From a virus: 64,000 bases of DNA. The position numbers and the translations under genes were made by a program. Shown in pieces: positions 60,725 to 64,000 of this stretch (position 1 is its first letter; each line of letters starts with the position of its first letter). A model generated the notes under the pieces. The model was not told the origin of the DNA. It did no database searches and worked only from the letters and a program-made list of their open reading frames with translations. The DNA lies in the IMG/VR virus record IMGVR_UViG_3300042923_000607, positions 52,240-116,239 of that record, one strand, 5' to 3'.

Positions 60725-60934
60725 TTATCTTGCCGATTGTAATACTATCTTATTATTACATTGCGGACATTTTAAATATTTTTGAGCATAAGAATCTCGT
60801 TGTGTTACATATTTTTCTTCTTCCTTAATATCTTCAAGCATATAACTTAATAACGCACCGCAATTATTACATTCAACTCTATTTTTTGTCCCTTGTTTAA
60901 TAATCTCTATCATAAATACGCCTCTTCTTTCCAT
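60725..60934 (-). CDS. Zinc-ribbon protein
   Basis: CNNCG...CPQC. Confidence 0.7.
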   Translation of the reverse strand: MERRGVFMIEIIKQGTKNRVECNNCGALLSYMLEDIKEEEKYVTQRDSYAQKYLKCPQCNNKIVLQSAR

Positions 60935-60970
60935 GTAAAATCACAATTCTATTCGCAATTTATTGTACTA

Positions 60971-61186
60971 TTAATCTGGTATGTAATCCATAATTGCCCG
61001 TATGTCTTCTTCATTATAATTTAATTTTTCCATAGCACTTATTAAAAGTGTAATTCTTTCCCTAAATGATGGATCTGAACCATCGGGAAATAAAGTATTT
61101 TCAAAACTATACAAACTTTCGTGATCTGCTATTTCAATACATCTTAATATCACATATCGTTCTTGATCGGTTAATTCTACTTTCAT
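60971..61186 (-). CDS. Hypothetical protein
   Basis: RBS plus ORF. Confidence 0.6.
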   Translation of the reverse strand: MKVELTDQERYVILRCIEIADHESLYSFENTLFPDGSDPSFRERITLLISAMEKLNYNEEDIRAIMDYIPD

Positions 61187-61197
61187 TTCATTAACTC

Positions 61198-61431
61198 CTA
61201 TTTTATTGGTTTGTCGCTTATTTCTATAGATACTACATCTGAAACTTTAAAAGACATATTACTGTTTTTACTATCATTCCCGTAAATAGTATTAAAATTA
61301 CCTTGATTTAAAGGTTTTCCTACTAACATAAGTTTGTTAAACTCTTCGTCTGGACGACTACATTCATTTTCAGTATATCCATATTGAACTGCTCCACTGT
61401 TAAAAATTATTCTTACATACCATTTATACAT
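61198..61431 (-). CDS. Hypothetical protein
   Basis: RBS plus ORF. Confidence 0.6.
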   Translation of the reverse strand: MYKWYVRIIFNSGAVQYGYTENECSRPDEEFNKLMLVGKPLNQGNFNTIYGNDSKNSNMSFKVSDVVSIEISDKPIK

Positions 61432-61475
61432 ATATTTTTTCTCCTTTCAAATTCAACATCAAAGACCGATTTTGT

Positions 61476-61661
61476 TTACTCTTCGTTATCATCATAGTCA
61501 TAATCCTCATCACATAAATGTGAACTACAATAGAATTTTTTCATTGTAAACATATTTAAATGCTTACAAAAATGGAAATCTGGGTTAGGGGCTATATAAT
61601 CCTTATTCCAATTTTCACAAGTGTCACAACTCGCTCCAGTACATTGTAATGCCATAATCAT
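61476..61661 (-). CDS. Cys-rich hypothetical protein
   Basis: RBS plus ORF. Confidence 0.6.
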   Translation of the reverse strand: MIMALQCTGASCDTCENWNKDYIAPNPDFHFCKHLNMFTMKKFYCSSHLCDEDYDYDDNEE

Positions 61662-61690
61662 TCTCCTTTAAAAACACGTTACATTCACAT

Positions 61691-61972
61691 TTAATTTTTA
61701 TCCATAATCTGTTCTAACTCATTTTTAAATTTACTTAACATTTCAAGTTTTACGATAACTTCATTTGTTTCATATTCTAATGCCAATTTTTCCGTTTCAG
61801 AAATTTCAGCATTAACATCAGTAAGCAATTGATTAATTTTAGGTTCAATATTTGGTTTTTGTGCCATATCCAATACTGATAATATTAACGTTTTAATAGT
61901 CATATCTTTTAAAGAATCTACCTCTAAATTTTCCACAAAACTAATACAATCTTCTACTCTTATAACTCCCAT
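61691..61972 (-). CDS. Hypothetical protein
   Basis: RBS plus ORF. Confidence 0.6.
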   Translation of the reverse strand: MGVIRVEDCISFVENLEVDSLKDMTIKTLILSVLDMAQKPNIEPKINQLLTDVNAEISETEKLALEYETNEVIVKLEMLSKFKNELEQIMDKN

Positions 61973-62015
61973 AATTTTATTCTCCTTTTAATTTTTATTA
62001 AATCAAATACGTTTT

Positions 62016-62285
62016 CTATAGTGATACTTTTGGTAATTTTGCAAACAATTCTACTCTATCTGTTACATCTTCTGTTCCATACCCATGAGGATTTGCTACA
62101 TAAAATTTAGAGTTATTATACCAAGCTTTCTCAAATCCATAACTAGAAACCCAATCGGAATAATCCAAATCACCATCTTCACACTCTTTCCAATTCTTAG
62201 GTTTTAGCACAACTAGATACCATCCGAAGTTAATTATTGGATTACTATATTTGAATTCTTCCCATTCTATTAATGTTGTTTTCAT
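62016..62285 (-). CDS. Hypothetical protein (DUF551-like)
   Basis: I.W......P...GWYLV...V..FA.LP. Confidence 0.55.
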   Translation of the reverse strand: MKTTLIEWEEFKYSNPIINFGWYLVVLKPKNWKECEDGDLDYSDWVSSYGFEKAWYNNSKFYVANPHGYGTEDVTDRVELFAKLPKVSL

Positions 62286-62297
62286 ACTACACTCTCC

Positions 62298-62633
62298 TTA
62301 TCGTAATTTTAAATTCCAACTTTCTGAAAACCCATAACAATGTTTAGACTCGTAATTATTATTAGCTATATAAAATTCTTTCATAGTTTCTGAATTATCG
62401 CCATCTTTAGTCCATACAACTTTATCGCCACTCATCACCATATCAACTTCGTTTTCTTTTAGTTCTTTCAACTTACAAACCGTTAAGTCATGATTAGCAA
62501 AACTCCGATTAGAACATCCGTGATGTGCAATTACAGTTCTATCTTCTAGTACTAAATCATAACGCCCAGCACCATCAAATAAAGAGCTGTTATTACATAA
62601 TACATAAGCAATTTTCATAAATTCTCCTTTCAA
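62298..62633 (-). CDS. Hypothetical protein
   Basis: RBS plus ORF (start probably 62618). Confidence 0.6.
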   Translation of the reverse strand: MKGEFMKIAYVLCNNSSLFDGAGRYDLVLEDRTVIAHHGCSNRSFANHDLTVCKLKELKENEVDMVMSGDKVVWTKDGDNSETMKEFYIANNNYESKHCYGFSESWNLKLR

Positions 62634-62666
62634 AAAATCACTCCAAATATTCTATTTATTCTCCTA

Positions 62667-63200
62667 TTACTCTTCGTTTCTATCTAAAACCACAACACTT
62701 AAATCTGTTTTATTTGTAATGTCAATCATCTGTTTATAACACTCATTCATCGCTACGCTAAATTCATCTTGAGTGATTTCAGTCCATTTCTTAAAACTAG
62801 ATATTGAACAAAATATTCCTTCATTACAGAAAGTAAATGGTTCGCATTCGATTGTTGCATCTGGATATGTATCATATGCCTTCATTAATTTTCTGTTAAA
62901 CTTATAGAATAAAGGGAGACTAAATTCAAAGCATTCTACATGATATTCATTTTCACTGACTTCACTAATGATTTTAATATATTTTGTAAATTTTTCATCA
63001 TTCCATCCATCATTGGATAATCTAGTACTTTCAGTTTTATAACATTTACCTACATATTCTTTATGTGATGCAATCGTATCTAGCTTTTTCTGTGTGTCAG
63101 ATTCTTTAAGTTTTCTTTGAATTTCTCTCATTTGATTTTCTAAATCTTTTTCTTCTTCTCTTGTCATATTTATCTTCCTTTCCGAATGACTAGCAAACAT
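62667..63200 (-). CDS. Hypothetical protein
   Basis: RBS plus ORF (start probably 63167). Confidence 0.65.
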   Translation of the reverse strand: MFASHSERKINMTREEEKDLENQMREIQRKLKESDTQKKLDTIASHKEYVGKCYKTESTRLSNDGWNDEKFTKYIKIISEVSENEYHVECFEFSLPLFYKFNRKLMKAYDTYPDATIECEPFTFCNEGIFCSISSFKKWTEITQDEFSVAMNECYKQMIDITNKTDLSVVVLDRNEE

Positions 63201-63221
63201 TCATTTGATATTGATTTTTTA

Positions 63222-63623
63222 CTATTGAATATTCAACTGTTCTTTTAATTTAGCAATCTTTTGATTTATAAGATAAATCTGAGATTCCAAATATTCTGGT
63301 TCACGTTTTAAATTAGCTATATCAACTAACTTTTCACTAACAGACATTAAGGTACTGGTATTCCAATTTTTAACTAAGTCTGCTAAATCATATGTATCAC
63401 GATATCTACTACTAAATCTTATATGATCAAGCATATATGATGCAATCGGCATAGAAATTTGTTCTAATTCTAGTTTACATATTTTTAATCTTTCGTTGTA
63501 TTTATCTCTCTTGTTTTGTAATTCATGTATCTCACCAATTAAGGAACATTCGCTAGTATTTTTATCTGCGTTACAAAAGGGTTCTGGCTGATTAGTTACT
63601 TGCTTATTTTTCTTAAATATCAT
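63222..63623 (-). CDS. Hypothetical coiled-coil protein
   Basis: RBS plus ORF. Confidence 0.6.
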   Translation of the reverse strand: MIFKKNKQVTNQPEPFCNADKNTSECSLIGEIHELQNKRDKYNERLKICKLELEQISMPIASYMLDHIRFSSRYRDTYDLADLVKNWNTSTLMSVSEKLVDIANLKREPEYLESQIYLINQKIAKLKEQLNIQ

Positions 63624-63903
63624 ATTTTATCCCTTCCATAATCATTTTTCCTACAATCTTATCTGACATAATAAAACCATGTGACATCATAAAGTCTATA
63701 CTTTTCATATCTTCGGTGAAATCTTCTGGTTTAATTTTTATTTTTTCTCCATCTTCATTTATATAAAACATTCCACCTTTACCTTTTTCAACAGTATTTA
63801 CGTCTAATCCATATTGTTCAGCTATCTTAGTCATTTCTTCTATACTTAATATGACCGCCCTCTCCCTTCTAAATTCAAAATAAAAACAGTGATTTATTGG
63901 CAT
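63613..63903 (-). CDS. Hypothetical protein (start uncertain)
   Basis: ORF; RBS near 63860. Confidence 0.5.
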   Translation of the reverse strand: MPINHCFYFEFRRERAVILSIEEMTKIAEQYGLDVNTVEKGKGGMFYINEDGEKIKIKPEDFTEDMKSIDFMMSHGFIMSDKIVGKMIMEGIKYDI

Positions 63904-64000
63904 CTTGTAAATACATAAGAAAAATCACCATTTTTCAAATCTCTCTTATTCTTTACAACTACTGGGATTTCTTTGTCTCTAATTTTTAAGATACACTCCA

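Larger units (their letters stand above)
38863..63897. repeat. Dispersed 18-bp palindromic junction motif ATNAAA-N6-TTTNAT (about 26 copies in this span, plus 28587 and 30124)
   Basis: Copies listed in the findings; they sit at gene junctions upstream of an RBS. Confidence 0.75.

Overview
A 64 kb, AT-rich segment of a large temperate siphovirus of Bacillota (SPbeta-like gene order; a clostridial host is inferred). The + strand (1-32.3 kb) carries capsid, neck, tail, tape measure, Dit, tail tip, BppU, two beta-helix receptor-binding proteins and the lysis cassette. A moron island (20.4-24.5 kb) interrupts this module and holds a TenpN-like type III toxin with a divergent pseudoknot RNA, plus a PemK/MazF-like gene followed by its own small structured RNA. 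The - strand (32.4-64 kb) carries an ATP-dependent ligase, a tyrosine integrase, an intact attP-like site (5' half of tRNA-Arg CCG plus arm repeats) and an excisionase. It continues with nucleotide metabolism genes (nucleotidase, guanylate kinase, ThyX, dUTPase, NrdG, and NrdD split by a group I intron and an HNH intein), three DNA methyltransferases (one circularly permuted) and about 45 small ORFs. The most striking unexplained signal is an 18-bp imperfect palindrome, ATNAAA-N6-TTTNAT, at roughly 28 gene junctions between a stop codon and the next Shine-Dalgarno; it gives the accessory region a gene-cassette-like architecture. All family assignments are by eye from motifs; no database search was run.
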